This document shows, piece by piece, positions 26,623-39,060 of a stretch of 64,000 nucleotides of DNA (position 1 is its first letter; each line of letters begins with the position of its first letter). Under the pieces are notes generated by a model, which did not search any database, was not told where the DNA came from, and saw only the letters and a list, made by a program, of their open reading frames with translations. Position numbers and translations under genes: made by a program. This stretch comes from Octopus sinensis (taxonomy: Eukaryota), in contig NC_043001.1 of the NCBI RefSeq assembly GCF_006345805.1, positions 70,494,001 through 70,558,000 on the forward strand, written 5' to 3'.

Positions 26623-28041
26623 CACACACATATATATACATACACATACGTACATACATACATACATGCATTTATAACGCATATAAGTATATAAATATAT
26701 ATATATATATATATAATCTTTTATTTTTATTTGTTTCAGTCATTTGACTGCAGCCATGCTGAAGTACCACCTTTATCTGTGTGTATGTATGTGAACACGC
26801 ATGCACGCGCGAGCGCACACTCGTATCTATGTATGTATATTTATATGTCATTCAGTTTATTTCAAGATTTCTTGCCAATTGAGAAAGATCCGGTTTCTAA
26901 CCTAGATCCAAGGCTCCTTCTTTGGAATTTCAACATCAACAATAGGGTAGTTTTTGTTTGTATGTATGTACGAATGTGCAGGTTTTTTTTTTGGTTTTTT
27001 TTTGTATTTTCTGCGTATGTATGTATGCATACGCATGATCACATACATGTATATATAGTTATGTATGCATAGATTGAAAGTAATTGAAAAATCTGTGCGT
27101 CGCGTGGGTGCGTATGTTTGTATATGTGGTTGTCTTTATGTGTACATGTGTATGTGTGTATGTGTGTGTGTGTAAGTGTGTGTGTGAGTGTGTTTTGTAT
27201 GCGCGCGTGTTTGTATGTATGGTATATACGCAATACACACACGCACGGGCGCACGCAGAGGGAAAAGAAAGAGTGAGGAAGAGAGATAGAAAGATTTGAC
27301 TGTAGAGACACGCACAGACGCGATTGAAAGCGAGACAAGCACAGAAAAGAAAAATTGTATGAAGCGAAAGAGTGGGAGGTATAATGATGTGAGGGGGGGT
27401 GGCGTTAGAGTATGAATAAGGATTAGCGGAGGAGGGGGGAGAAAAGAATATAGATAAAAATAGATGTGTGTATGAGAGGGAGGACGATATTTGTGGGATT
27501 GAGAGGAAGATCGGTGAATTGATGACGTCTATGACAGAGTAAGCAAGAGAGGAAGATCCTGTGAGTGTGCTTTAGGGAGGTATTGTAATGAAGTGAAAGG
27601 TTTTAACACAGAGTTGTGAGATTTAGAGAGAAAACCAGAGAGAGAGAGAGAAGGGGGAAGGTTAGAAAAAGTATAAATGTGAGGAAGAGACGTATAACGA
27701 AATAGGACAACATACAATGCGTGGAAATGTACACCACACATACACACACATACATGTATATTTATATATCTAGAGAGAGAGAGAGGGCGAAAGAGACGGA
27801 GGCTGAGCGACAGGGAGGAATAAAAATAACAGCAAATAAAGAAGCAAGATTAAGCTGGAGTGGAAACACATGGAACTTACGTGTGGATAAAGAGAACAGA
27901 ATACAATTGTAGTGGGATAATAGATAAACAGACGAATCTACAGGTAAATAAACAGGTAGACATAGTGAGGGAGAGAGAGAGAGACAGACAGACACACACA
28001 CACACACACAGAGAAAGATAAACAGATAGATAGTTTAATAG

Positions 28042-28085
<44 letters not shown>

Positions 28086-28194
28086 GTGTGTGCGTGTGTT
28101 CGTGTGTGCGTGTGTGTATGTGTACAAGAGTTGAGTTCTTGTAAAAGAGCCTACGAAATATTAAGCTGCATAATATATATACACACATATAAAT

Positions 28195-28440
28195 TATCTG
28201 TTATCTTTTACTTGTTTCAGTTATCAGACTGTGGCCATGCTAGGGCATCGCCATGAAGACTTTTAGACAAACGAATGGACCCCTACACTTTTTTTAAAGT
28301 TTAGTGGTCATTCCAGTGTTCTCTGTTACGGAACTGGTATCTTACCGAACATAAGCCCGCCAACCCGGTTATTAAGCGGCGGTTGGTGACACAAACACAG
28401 ATACACACACAAACGCACACACACAGACACACACACACGT
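28195..28440 (-). mobile_element. SINE family A 3' fragment; a shorter one lies at 26722-26775
   Basis: CTTTTACTTGTTTCAG...GTGGCCATGCTAGGGCATCGCC. Confidence 0.7.
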
Positions 28441-28689
28441 ACATTTATTTATTTATTTATTTATCTATTATACACACACATATTGAGGGACATGCATGTA
28501 TGAAGAGAAAGTGTTTTGTGCTGCATGTCATACGTGAAAAAATTCAGTGAGATGATTTGAATTTGGTTGACACACATATATAAAGAGAGAGAGAGAGAGA
28601 TTGAGACATAGAGAGAAATGTTTTGAGTAAGGGGAAAATGCAGTGACGTACAACAAATATCTGTAGCTACTGGATTTATTGGGTATATA

Positions 28690-29510
28690 AACAGATTGGT
28701 GTTGGTCAATTTGATGGACCACTTTATATCATAATTTTCCTCTCTCTCAAATCCCAAATACATTTACAAAGGTTCATAGAATTACAATGTCTTCTAAAGT
28801 TAAATGAAGAATTATAATGTAATCTAGATTTTCAAATTGTAGAAGAGCGTATGTGATAATGGGTAATGGGTATGATCCCCTGCAATTACGTTACATTGAT
28901 ATACTGTATTCTTCCTTAAACACGGATTTGTAAAAGACAGATGATTTTGTTTTTGAAATATACAAAGGCATTTGTTCACTCGTATGTAGCACTCACGGCT
29001 CAAGAATTTACTACTAACTCTCCTCTCAGAATGAAGTGTTAAAACAGGATCATTAGCAGTGATATAATCTATATTATTATTTTCAGAGTTGGCATTACCT
29101 TTACCAAAAGTATCAAAGACTAGTTCAGGAAAATTATCGTTATAGTGTATTTCACAATTAACCGTATCGGTTCCTCTTGTGTTTAGTAATTTTGAGTTGC
29201 GATAATGTCTAATTTTACTTTTATCTGGTGCTCTACTTTCAACCAGATTTCTGAGCGATTAAATAATTTCTCGTACTCACTTGAAGACAAGGAATAGTTA
29301 TTCAGTGCTGCAAAGAATTTCCAAGGAATATTAGTAGTTGTGTAAAATACACCTGGTGCATTATACCAGACAATATTTTTTGAATTAGCCTTTCTGTTAA
29401 CGACATAGACATTTCCTCTAATATAATCACTATCGCCATGTTTATAAGTCTTAATCCCAAAAGTAGATGATCTCCTGCCGTAATTCGTATACTTAAAGTT
29501 ATTCATATCT
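28690..29510 (-). mobile_element. Penelope-like element fragment: RT-EN linker plus GIY-YIG endonuclease remnant
   Basis: ORF 29183-29506 contains KNIVWYNAP...TTTNIPWKFF...EYEKLFNRSEI, matching the PLE IIW(F/Y)NPP...TNIG..F...KIFNR linker. After a frameshift, a second frame gives NPCLRKNTVYQCNV, then CKCIWDL and YDIKWSI, which are PLE endonuclease motifs. Confidence 0.75.
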
Positions 29511-29616
29511 ATAAAATTATTATTATAATTATTATTACTATTATTACCATCATCATCATTATCATCATCATCATCATCATCATCATAATTATTATTATTA
29601 TCATCATTATTATTTT

Positions 29617-30225
29617 ATGGGTTGCATAAATGTACGTGGCATGTGGTCGTCGTGGAAGCAAGGACGCTTGCGCAACGACCTCGGGTGGCTAAGCCTGTAT
29701 GTAATAGCCATCAGTGAAACCAGGATCGCGGATACACCGGCCTTAACTCCAACTTTTGATGACTTTGAGATTTTCGCATCTCTTAGTCGACTGGGAATGG
29801 GGGTGGGGCAGTGCTGTTCAGAAACGGCCTGGATCTCGAGATACGTAAGGCAAGTCGGTGGTTCTGGACGTGAATGATAACGCAGACAGTGCTTTTAGAC
29901 TAGTCGCAGTGTACGCACCGACTGGTGCGGGGCAGCCGGAGTTTTTCAGACACCTGGAGGCCTTTCTAGGGACGTCTCACTATTTATGGCTAGTGGACGA
30001 TTCGAACGCCATTTTCGATGGATGTGTGGATTGGGTGTGACTAGCGGATAGGAAAGGGGAATACACAAGCCTCGCAAACTTGCTAAGTCAATTCCAGCTG
30101 GCGGACAGGTTCAGAGTGGATTTCCCGAATACTCCAGTGTGAACATGGGCAAACAGTGTCAGATTATCCAGATCTTAAGTAGCTAAGGTATTTTGTAGGC
30201 TAGCAGATAGGAATTGCTTCTGTAT
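29617..30225 (+). mobile_element. APE endonuclease fragment of an L1/Tx1-clade LINE (frameshifted)
   Basis: GCINVRG...VIAISETR, then FRLVAVYAP...FFRHLEAFL...LVDDSNAIFD, then DRFRVDFP..TWAN: conserved APE motifs in the expected order. Confidence 0.85.
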
Positions 30226-30302
30226 ACCTTCTGGAGGAGTTACCTCATTCCTATAAAATATTACCAAAAATGAAGTAGATTGACAACTTTATTTTTTGAA
30301 CC

Positions 30303-30378
30303 TGTGGAAGGTGTAGTGGTTAAAAGCGCGGACTACTAGCCTCAAGATTCCGAGTTCGATTCCAGACAGTGACTTGAA
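30303..30378 (+). mobile_element. tRNA-derived short head followed directly by (AAT)n
   Basis: A box TAGTGGTTAA and B box GAGTTCGATTC, with no paired acceptor stem. Same family as 34697-34773. Confidence 0.7.
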
Positions 30379-30401
30379 TAATAATAATAATAATAATAAT
30401 A

Positions 30402-30436
<35 letters not shown>

Positions 30437-30511
30437 GTTGTGTTGTTGTTGTTGTTGTTGTTGTTGTTGCTGCTGCTGCTGCTGCTGGTGTTGCTGCTGC
30501 TGCTGCTGTCG

Positions 30512-30546
<35 letters not shown>

Positions 30547-30714
30547 ACCAATCATACATTTAGTATCGACAGAGTTACGTCTATGCTTAATATTGGTTTC
30601 AAATTTGGGCGCAAGACCACGGATTTCGAGGCAGGTGGGAAATCGAGTGAAGGGACTAGGTATGTTGTTGTTGCTGCTGCTGGTATTGTTGCTGTAATTA
30701 TCAATGTTGTTGTT

Positions 30715-30900
30715 AAGGTGGAAAACTAGCAGAGTCGGTAGCACACACCAAGCAAAATGGCTAGCGACATTTTTTCGTCTTTACGTTATGAGTTCAAATT
30801 CTGCTGAGGTGAACTTTGCCTATCATCCTTTCAGGGTCGATAAAATCAGGAGTCGATGTAAACGGCAAGCCTACCAACCTAAATTTCTGGTGTGAGCATA
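30715..30900 (+). mobile_element. SINE family B, diverged
   Basis: GAGTTCAAATTCTGCTGAGGTGAACTTTGCCTATCATCCTTTCAGGGTCGATAAAAT. Confidence 0.8.
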
Positions 30901-30974
30901 TATTAGAAAGGAAGATTTTTATCCTTATCATCGTCATCATCATCATCATCATTATTATTATTATTATCATATGA

Positions 30975-33190
30975 TTGTTCCACATTTGATAGTTTGAGGC
31001 AAATTTCTACTACACACTTGCTACACCTCCGTTTAGGGTTATGTGCAGCATTGTGTGTTCTTTTCTGCCGTTGGGTATGTGCAAACTTTTCCCGCTACTG
31101 TAATACGTTAGTTTTCTTCTCTTAGGGGTGGTGCAGTCATTTTTTGTGTTACTACTTGTATTGTGTCTTGAGTGTGTAATGTACTGGATATCGAGGCTGC
31201 TGGTGGAAGTTTATTTCACTGAGTAATTGCTGTATAGAGCATGTCTTGTGATTGTGGGTTGTTTTGTTCAGGTTGTATTATTGGAATGATGATATCTTGC
31301 GTAGGATGTAGACTCTTTCTAGCAGGGTTATTTTTTCGGATAGAGTATAGTATAGTGTTCAGAAGCCAGGTATAGCTTCTGCGATTTTGTTCATATGTAT
31401 TTTTATCATACCCAGTGCTCCAATTATTATAGTTATTATTTTTACCTCTATGTCCCACATCTTGAATACTTCACTTTCGAAGTCTTTGCACTTGGACAAT
31501 TTCTCCACTTCGTTTTTGACAATATTTTGTTGAGAAGGGACTGCAATGTCTATTTAGTAAGCAGATGTTGTTGTTTTTTCCCCAATCCTTGATTATTATG
31601 TCTGAATGATCAGTTTTTATTTCTTTGTCGGTCTGAACCTGCCTATCCCAGATGATTGTGGCCTGATGATTGTTTGGCATATGCTTATACTGCTACTGCC
31701 TATTGTCAGTTTTAATGTTGTAATGCAGGCGTATTCCCAGTGGATATAACTGCGTACTTTGTCATGCCTGTATATATATATTCACACTTGGTAAGGACTG
31801 GGCAGCCTGAGATGATGTGGTCAACTGTCTTATTGTGCTGGTTGCACATTCTACATTTGGTGATGAAGCATGTTTTCGTTATTTTGTGCAGTGAGAATCA
31901 GTCCTGTTTCAGCTTTTAGTCCAGATCATTGTTGGCTTTTACTGCGGATCACCTCCAATCTGTCAAGCTTTTCAGGGTGTTGGCCGTGGAGTGATTATTT
32001 TCTCCATTTCTTCTCCAGTATGTCTTGTAATTCTATGTTAATGTTGTTTTTTGTCTCTTTGACCATTTCTGCTTTGTTGCATCTGAGTGTCAGTGTGTCC
32101 GTGTAGTTTGTTTCTGTTTTGTAATGTGTCGCCTCCTTGTGTATAGAGAAAAGTGTTTTCATTTTCTCGTGTTTCTTTACAACATACACTAGTCTTCGAC
32201 ACTTTGTTTCTTACTAATTTCCTAGTCCAACTGTTGTTATTTTCTATTAGTTTTCCATCTGTATCAGGCCACGTCAGCCTTCTAAGCGGGGTAGCTATAT
32301 TATGCCTGCGTCTGTTTTGGGGTGGTAACTTCGGTAAGCTGTTAGTAGTGTTCTAGTTTTACTATCTAGTTTTCTCAATTCCCTGCTCTTCTAGTCTATT
32401 ATGTTAAAACTGTAATTTATGACTGGTATGGCTAGCGTGTTCATACATATTTTTAGCATATTTCTTATTTTTTAGCATTAAGTTCAGTGTTTAGTATTAG
32501 TCTAATTCTTCAGTAATATTCTCTCCTAATTTTCTCCTTCATTTCTGTAGTTTGTATTTTAGCTGCTTCGTCCATTCCAAGATATCTGTACTGGCGGTTA
32601 TGGTCGAATTCTTTAATTTCTGTGTCTATGTCGAGTGCAGTGTTTTTAGTTCTGAGGAATTTTCGTCTTCCCAGTGAGACTCTGGCACATTTGTCAATGT
32701 TGTTGGTCTGTAATATTGTGGGTGTACGGTACATTTGTTTTGGGGATTTAGGTGGTTTGTCCTTCTAGCATCCAGTTTGGTGTTGATTCTGGCTCACTTG
32801 TCAATAAATTGAATTCTGCAGCTAAGTGGTTATGGGTAATAGTGAGGTATTTAAACCTGAACTCGGTGACCTTGTCTATCCCTGGAGTTTTCCAGTTGTT
32901 GGTACTTCACAGTGTGTCTGTAATTTCTTGACCTATGATGGTGGGCCATATCTATGCTTCTAATGTGTTCTTCTTTTCCCTCTCTCTATTAATCCAATCA
33001 GCATTTTTGTTGTGTTGTTCTGGTTTGCTCCATATTGCTTCTCAGTATGACTCAATCGCTGATGTCCTTAGCATAGTATCTATTGATATAATGTTTTTGT
33101 TTAACTTTCTGTAAAAAATTCTTGTGCTTATTTGGAATTCTCTATTTTGTTGGAAAAAGAATTACCGTTTTGTGCGGCAAGGTTTTGCTG
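30975..33190 (-). mobile_element. R4/Dong-like LINE, decayed, RT core internally deleted, retaining thumb, CCHC knuckle, RLE and 3' UTR
   Basis: In order: P.WMLEGQTT.IPKN, DKCAR...YRYLG, GLKAET..LILTAQ, CRMCNQHNKTVDHIISGCP, TIIWDRQVQTDKEIKTDHSDIIIKD, KMWDIEVKIITIIIGALG. The 3' end abuts (ATT/ATC)n at about 30925-30970. Confidence 0.9.
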
Positions 33191-33196
33191 CTTTAC

Positions 33197-33613
33197 CTTT
33201 ACTCTTTTACTCTTTTACTTGTTTCAGTCATTTGACTGCGGCCATGCTGGAGCACCGCCTTTAGTCGAGCAAATCGACCACGGGACTTATTCTTTGTAAG
33301 CCCAGTACTTATTCTATCGGTCTCTTTTACCGAACCGCTAGGGTTACGGGGACGTAAACACACCAGCATTGGTTGTCAAGCGATGTTGGGGTGTACAAAC
33401 ACAGACACACAAACATATACACACACACACACATATATATATACATATATACGACAGGCTTCTTTCAGTTTCCGTCTACCAAATCCACTCACAAGGCTTT
33501 GGTCGGCCCGAGGCTATAACAGAAGACACTTGCCCAAGATGCCACGCAGTGGGACTGAACCCGGAACCATGTGGTTGGTTAGCAAGCTACTTACCACACA
33601 GCCACTCCATGCC
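33197..33613 (-). mobile_element. SINE family A, young full-length copy
   Basis: Least diverged copy: (CTTTTA)n tail, GCGGCCATGCTGGAGCACC, CCACGCAGTGGGACTGAACCCGG (B box on the minus strand) and CTTACCACACAGCCACTCC. Confidence 0.93.
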
Positions 33614-33734
33614 AGTTTAATTTTTTATTTTACTTCCCTAGTATCTTCGTTATCTTTTATGTTGTATTGTTTGGTAATATGGGAATTTTTTTTTACATAT
33701 TATTTTTTATTTTTAATGTGCATGTTTGATACAG

Positions 33735-34640
33735 TCACTTGCTGAGACACATGCAGTGCCCTGGTGCGGGTAAAGGATAAGATATGTTACAGTTTGACTG
33801 AAAGCTTGGGGAGGGGAAGTAGCGAAATATGTATGCAACACAGACATTTTCCTGTTTTGTTACTGGGTATGATGCTTTCTTGTATTCATGTTTTGAGACA
33901 AGTTTTAACATCCAGTCCTCAGAGTTTTTCAAGTAGGTATCTAGGCCAATTGTAGCAATCTTCATTGTTATTACCACTTGTAAAAGTCCACGGCCTCCCT
34001 CTTTTCTTGGCTGATAAAGTCGTTCTATATCTGCCTTTAGGGTGGTGCATTCTATGCATTGTCAACAGTTTTCGTATTTTTCTGTCAAGATTACATATTT
34101 CAGTAATTGACCAGTCAACGATATTGAAACTGTAAGTCACAACTAGTATGGCTAAAGCATTGATCGCTTCGATCCTGTTTCTCGCATTCAGCTCTGTCTT
34201 GAGTATTGCTCTTACTCTGTGATAACATTCTCTCCTGATCCTTTCCTTCATCACTGAATGCCTTATTCCATCCCCTTCAATTATCCCTAGGTACTTGTAG
34301 CTCTCCGCTGGGTCTAACCCTTTTACGACATTCTGCTGGTCGAGGTAAGCGTTAGATGTTTCTGTCATTTTTCCTTTGATAAAAGTAGCTTTTGCACATT
34401 TATCGAGGCCACATTGCATTTTGATGTCCTCGCTGAATTGTTTAACAATCGTTAGTAAGCCCTTGAGTTGTTGGTCATTTTTTGCAAAGAATTTAAAATC
34501 ATCCATGTAAATGAGATGATTTATATTTTTATCCAACATTTTATATCCGTACTGTGCGTCATTGAGCAATTTTGAGAGAAGTATTAAGGCTAAACAAAAG
34601 AGGAGTGGTGATTGTGAGTCGCCCTGGAAAATGCCACATG
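33735..34640 (-). mobile_element. R4/Dong-like LINE reverse transcriptase fragment (216-aa ORF 33919-34569)
   Basis: GIFQGDS.SP just upstream, then INHLIYMDDFKFFAK, GLDKCAKATF, YKYLGI, TELNARNRIEAINALA and LDRKIRKLLTMHRMHHPK. The 5' truncation abuts (ATT)n at about 34655-34700. Confidence 0.93.
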
Positions 34641-34696
34641 AAATTTTAATAAAAATTTATTATTATTATTGTTGTTGTTACTATTATTATTTTTAT

Positions 34697-34896
34697 TATT
34701 CAGGTCAGAGCTTCGACTTGAACTCGGAATCTAGGGGTTAGTAGACAGTGCTCTTAACCACTACGCCATATGCTCTTGGGCAATTATGGAAAGATTTCCC
34801 CAAGACACCTAAGGAATGCTGGTGGGTGTATCAGCTGAAACGTTGTGTTAACATCAAACAATACGAAGACAAATATCCGTCAAATGTAAATAATGT
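34697..34896. mobile_element. Composite short element: inverted tRNA-like head (34697-34773, minus) plus decayed type I hammerhead-like motif (34805-34848, plus)
   Basis: The minus strand reads GCATATGGCGTAGTGGTTAAGAGCAC...CCGAGTTCAAGTC. The plus strand reads ACAC-CTAAGGA-AT[GCTGG..TCAGC]T-GAAACGTT-GTGT. Confidence 0.6.
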
Positions 34897-36727
34897 AGGA
34901 ATTGTTTCTCTTTTTAGATTCCATGTTCGTGTTACCTCTATTTCTAGATCTTTGTATTTTGAAACTTTCTCTGTTTCTTTTAGAAAAACATTGTCATCTA
35001 TTGGTATTGATACATCGATTAGAAAGGATTATTTTTTTCTTGGTGATCTCTAACAACTATATCCAGCTTATTGATCTTAACTTCTCTATCGCTGTGTATT
35101 GGCATATCCCAGAGTATGGTTGCTTTCTCATTTCCTGTGACCTTTTCCGGTGTGTGTCTATACCAGCTTTTTTCTGTTTTTATTCCATAGTGTTGGCATA
35201 GCTTCCGGTGTATACAGGTCTCAACACTGTCTTGTCTGTGAATATATTCCTTCTTTGCCAGAACTGGGCAGCCAGAGACAATATGATTTATTTTTTCTAT
35301 TCCATCTCCACATATTCTGAAGATACCTGCATTTTATCCATTACATGTTTTTGGTAATTCCTGATGGGGAGGCTTTGACCTCGTGTTTCAATTAAAAATC
35401 CTTCAGTCTCTGCTTTGAGTCCAGAGTTTCTCAACCTTTGTTGGGATTTTACTTTGTCTATTTCTTTTCTGTTTAATTTAAACCAGTATTTGCCTAGAAG
35501 GGACTTTTCTTGCTACCGTTTTATCATGAGCCATTACAGTTCCAGTTTTAGTTTTGATTCAGTTGTTTTACAACTTTTATTTTCTTCTTTTTCTTCAATG
35601 TTGTTAGCTTCCTTAAAGACTGAAAACAGTTTTTCTTTGTTTTGTTCATGTTTTGTGATTATTTGTATGAGATTTCCTTGCTTCTGAAGTAGGTATTTTG
35701 TAGTCCTATGATGGTTGTTTTGTTATAGTTTTCTAGCTGCATAATGCCTCTACCACCTTCCATACGTTATATATATAACCTTTCTATGTCAGAGTTTGGA
35801 ATGTGCATCCAAAATCCTGCGATTAATTTTCTTGTCTTCCTGTCTATTTTGATTAGTTCATTTAAAGTTCAATTAAGAATATTGTAGTTGTAACTTATAA
35901 CTGGGACGACTAGAGTGTTGATACCTTTTATCTTGTTTTTCACATTGATCTCTGTTTTCCAGTATGAATCTAACTCGTATATAGTATTTTTTTCTCATCC
36001 TCTCTTTCGCTTGTGTGTGTTGTATCGTATTTAGTTCATTGATTCCTAAGTATTTCTTTGTCTGCCTTTGGTTTAATTCTCCTTTTTGATCTGCTTTATC
36101 TAGTGTGATGCTGCTACTCTGAACTAGTTTCCCCCTAATTAAGATTGCTTTGGTACATTTTACTAAACTAAATTTTATGTTTATTTCTTTGGTAAATCCA
36201 TGTACTGTTTGTAGCAATGTTTCCAGTTGTTTCTCATCTGTAGCGTACGGTTTTCGGTGATCCATATATAAGAGATAGCTGCTTGTTTTGCCCTAACAGT
36301 GGTACCTACATCCAGTACTGTTTAACATGTCAGATAAACGTGTCAATCAAGCAGAAACGGAGTAGGGAGAGAGTGCCTCCCTGGAATATTCCTCTTCTAA
36401 TGGGATGGCTTTGATTTTTATGAGTCCCTGATTTGTCTGGAGCTATAGCACTGTCTGCCATTTATTCATGGAGTGTTTTATATATTTTAGGATTATTGAT
36501 TCTACTTTGTTCATCGCTAGTGTTTCCAGGATCCGTGTGTGGGGAATACTATCAAAAGCCTTCCGTTAATCGATCCATGTCATACTTAGATCCTACTTCG
36601 TTCTGCAACTGTCTTCCATTATAGCTTTATTGCTTATTAGTTAATCTTTACAGTCATATGGCCCGTGAAGCATCCCTTCTGCTCTTCTGGAAACAGGTTG
36701 TTTTTTCCAGATATTTACTCATTCTTT
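34897..36727 (-). mobile_element. R4/Dong-like LINE, decayed RT to C-terminal part (same subfamily as 49050-51295)
   Basis: KYLEKNNLFPEEQKG, KAFDS.PH, GIFQGGTLS and KQLETLLQTVHGFTKEINIKF..KYLGINEL. The 5' truncation abuts (TTA)/(TAG)n at 36730-36830. Confidence 0.88.
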
Positions 36728-36771
36728 GCAATATTATTGCAGTAAAGGCTTATTATTATTATTATTATTAT

Positions 36772-36832
<61 letters not shown>

Positions 36833-37059
36833 CAACGGTAGTAGTAACAGCTGCTTATTAATTTTCCTAAGTGGGGTGGCTTATTCTACCCAGAATTTAT
36901 TCAGTTTTCCTTGGATGAAGTATCTCTTTATTTAGCAAAATAGAAGTTACGGCTATATTAAGTTAGACTTAGGACTCGCGTTCGATAAAATATATTTAGT
37001 AAATTATATACTCAGACTGGAAATGCTTTAACATAACTGGTAAGTCACATTACTCTAGT

Positions 37060-37455
37060 GATGGGCATAATGTCAACCAGTCACATTTCACTTGTGAGTC
37101 ATATAATATTGGTAATTCACACAACTTTGTTGAGCTACGTAATATTTGTGAGCTACAAGTATTTGTGAGTCACTGATCATTGGTGATTCAAATAAATTTG
37201 GCGAGTCACAGAACATTGATTATTCAAATAACTTTGGTGAGTCACGTAACACTGAAGCAATGTATAAAACTGGATGTGTCACATAATATTGATGAGTCGT
37301 ATAATAGTGAGAGTCGAATATTATTGATGAGTCATACATTATTGATAAGACTCATAATACTGATGAGTCACAGAACTTCGGTGGCTCACATAACATTGGT
37401 AGGTCAAATAATATCGATGCGTTGTAAAATATTGATGACTCATAATATTGGTGGA
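37060..37455. repeat. Degenerate minisatellite with an 18-bp unit, consensus approximately GATGAGTCACATAATATT, about 20 units
   Basis: GAGTCA/GACTCA recurs with a spacing of about 18 nt or its multiples. Confidence 0.8.
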
Positions 37456-37754
37456 TGATATTTTCTGCCATTCAGTTTCCAGGATATTGTCCGATGTCAT
37501 GAACTTGGTTGAGAAATTAATCACTCAGTCATATCCGTCTAGTAATTCTACCACTATTGCTATAGAAATCGATTTATTGGCATAAAACATGGAAGAGAAA
37601 TACATCAGATGATTCAATCCAAGAAATTCTCCTTTCAATTTAATGAAACTATTTATAACATGACGACGTTCGTCATGAGATTTCCGTGTGATTCTGGAAC
37701 GAAATAGTCAAGCAAAAATGAGCGAATTGATTTAAGAAATTCCATAATGCTGAA

Positions 37755-37940
37755 GATGCGTGGAGTAATGGTTATGGGGTTGCACTCACAAGATCGTAGT
37801 TCTGAATCTCGCATCGGGCAAACCGCTTCATTTTATTTTGCCCAAGTCTTGAGCAAACCGCTTCATTTCATTTTACACAAGTCCACTATATGACTAAACC
37901 TGCGACAGACTGGCATCATGTTTTGTGGGAATACTGTGGT
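37755..37940 (+). mobile_element. Old CORE-type SINE remnant
   Basis: GGAGTAATGGTTA head and GTCTTGAGCAAACCGCTTCATTTC CORE-like block with a short internal duplication. Confidence 0.5.
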
Positions 37941-38059
37941 CGATTAAATGGTCATGGAAACCGTTAATCGGTGTTATGAGTCCTGGGACTCGACATAGGA
38001 AGGTTCAGGAGTTATTGATGATGATGATGAGGAGGAGGAGGGGAGAGGAGGAGGAGGAT

Positions 38060-38595
38060 TTAGAAGGACAAGTCAGTTTAATTGAGAGGTCAATAAGAAA
38101 GCTAGGTTTATGGTCCTTAAGCATAATCCAGGGTTTTCTAGGGATGTATGGCTCGGTTCTATCATCTTTAGCTAAATCTCTAACGATTTGAAACCCTGTA
38201 TTGTTAATCCTTTCAATATCTAGTTACTTGTGTGTCTATATTTGCTGTGCAATTCCTTCCTAAACATAGGCTTATATAACTCAATATCAACAATGCCGGT
38301 GTTATTTGTTTTCTCCGCTGGCATAAGTATCCCTAGAGCTTTCTTGAAGTCGACAAGTAATTTTCTGATTTTCTACTAATATATATTACACTTTCTAGGG
38401 TATTTCCTGAACTTAATGTTCTTAACCATACTAGATAATTCCTCTTCAAATCTGATTAGATGCTGGTTAGTCGGTGGGTTCCTCTTACATTTGAATACTT
38501 TGCTTAGTAGGTCGCCATGTTCAGGTTTGTCATTTGATTTAAGGTACCTATCAAAGAAAAAACCGCATTCTACGTACAAACTGGTTGCTTTTCTC
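38060..38595 (-). mobile_element. Penelope-like element RT N-terminal fragment
   Basis: FKCKRNPPTNQHLIRFEEELSSMVKNIKFRKY, then MPAEKTNN (PADKT motif) and LKDHKPSF. Confidence 0.75.
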
Positions 38596-38599
38596 GATG

Positions 38600-39060
38600 T
38601 TTTTGTCATGGGGCAAAATTGGGCCATCTCTGTTCACTAGTCTGGGCTTCTTCTTCTTCAAATTCTCATGCATACAATCAATTTCTTGGCAAAACTATGT
38701 TGCTGTTACCGTTTTTTGTTTTTTTTGCAAAAATGAATAATGAATAACCCCCTTCGCAGACCACTATACAGTGGCCACTAACATTTTAAGGTGCAATGGT
38801 GGTTTTGAGTAGTGTTTAGGTAACTCTCCTGCATCTAATCACTGTCCTGTTCAACTGTTGTTTCCAAACAGTATCTATTTTTCATTCGATGCAGAAATGG
38901 TCTTTTTCCAGTTGAGAAAGTAATAAAGAGCACATTTAGAGACGCCTGTTCTTGGGCATCTCATTCAGTTGATGTGGAACAACCCTATCCATTTTCTTAA
39001 CGTTCCTGACTGCGATTAAATGTCTGATACGAAACTTGCATGTCTGGTGTGCAATTTGCC
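38600..39060 (-). mobile_element. Internal fragment of a third mariner transposase (Hsmar1/cecropia-like)
   Basis: KKMDRVVPHQLNEMPKNRR, NEK*ILFGNN, PKHYSKPPLHLKMLVATV*WSAKGVIHYSFL and CQEIDCMHENLKKKKPRLVNRDGPILPHD. Confidence 0.85.

Noticed and set aside
29183-29506. 107-aa ORF superficially like a densovirus capsid (NYGRRSSTF, TTTNIPW, SEYEKL, VEHQIKV)
   Set aside because: It fits the Penelope linker (IVWYNxP...TNI..KFF...KLFNR) better, and the downstream VYQCNV, CIWDL and IKWSI motifs follow in PLE order. An HMM search would settle it.
30303-30378. Possible tRNA gene (also 34697-34773)
   Set aside because: A and B boxes are present, but the acceptor stem does not pair and the sequence runs straight into (AAT)n; it is a SINE-type head.
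37359-37390. CTGATGAG followed by a hairpin, hammerhead-like
   Set aside because: There is no GAAA or stem III; the motif arises from the minisatellite unit.
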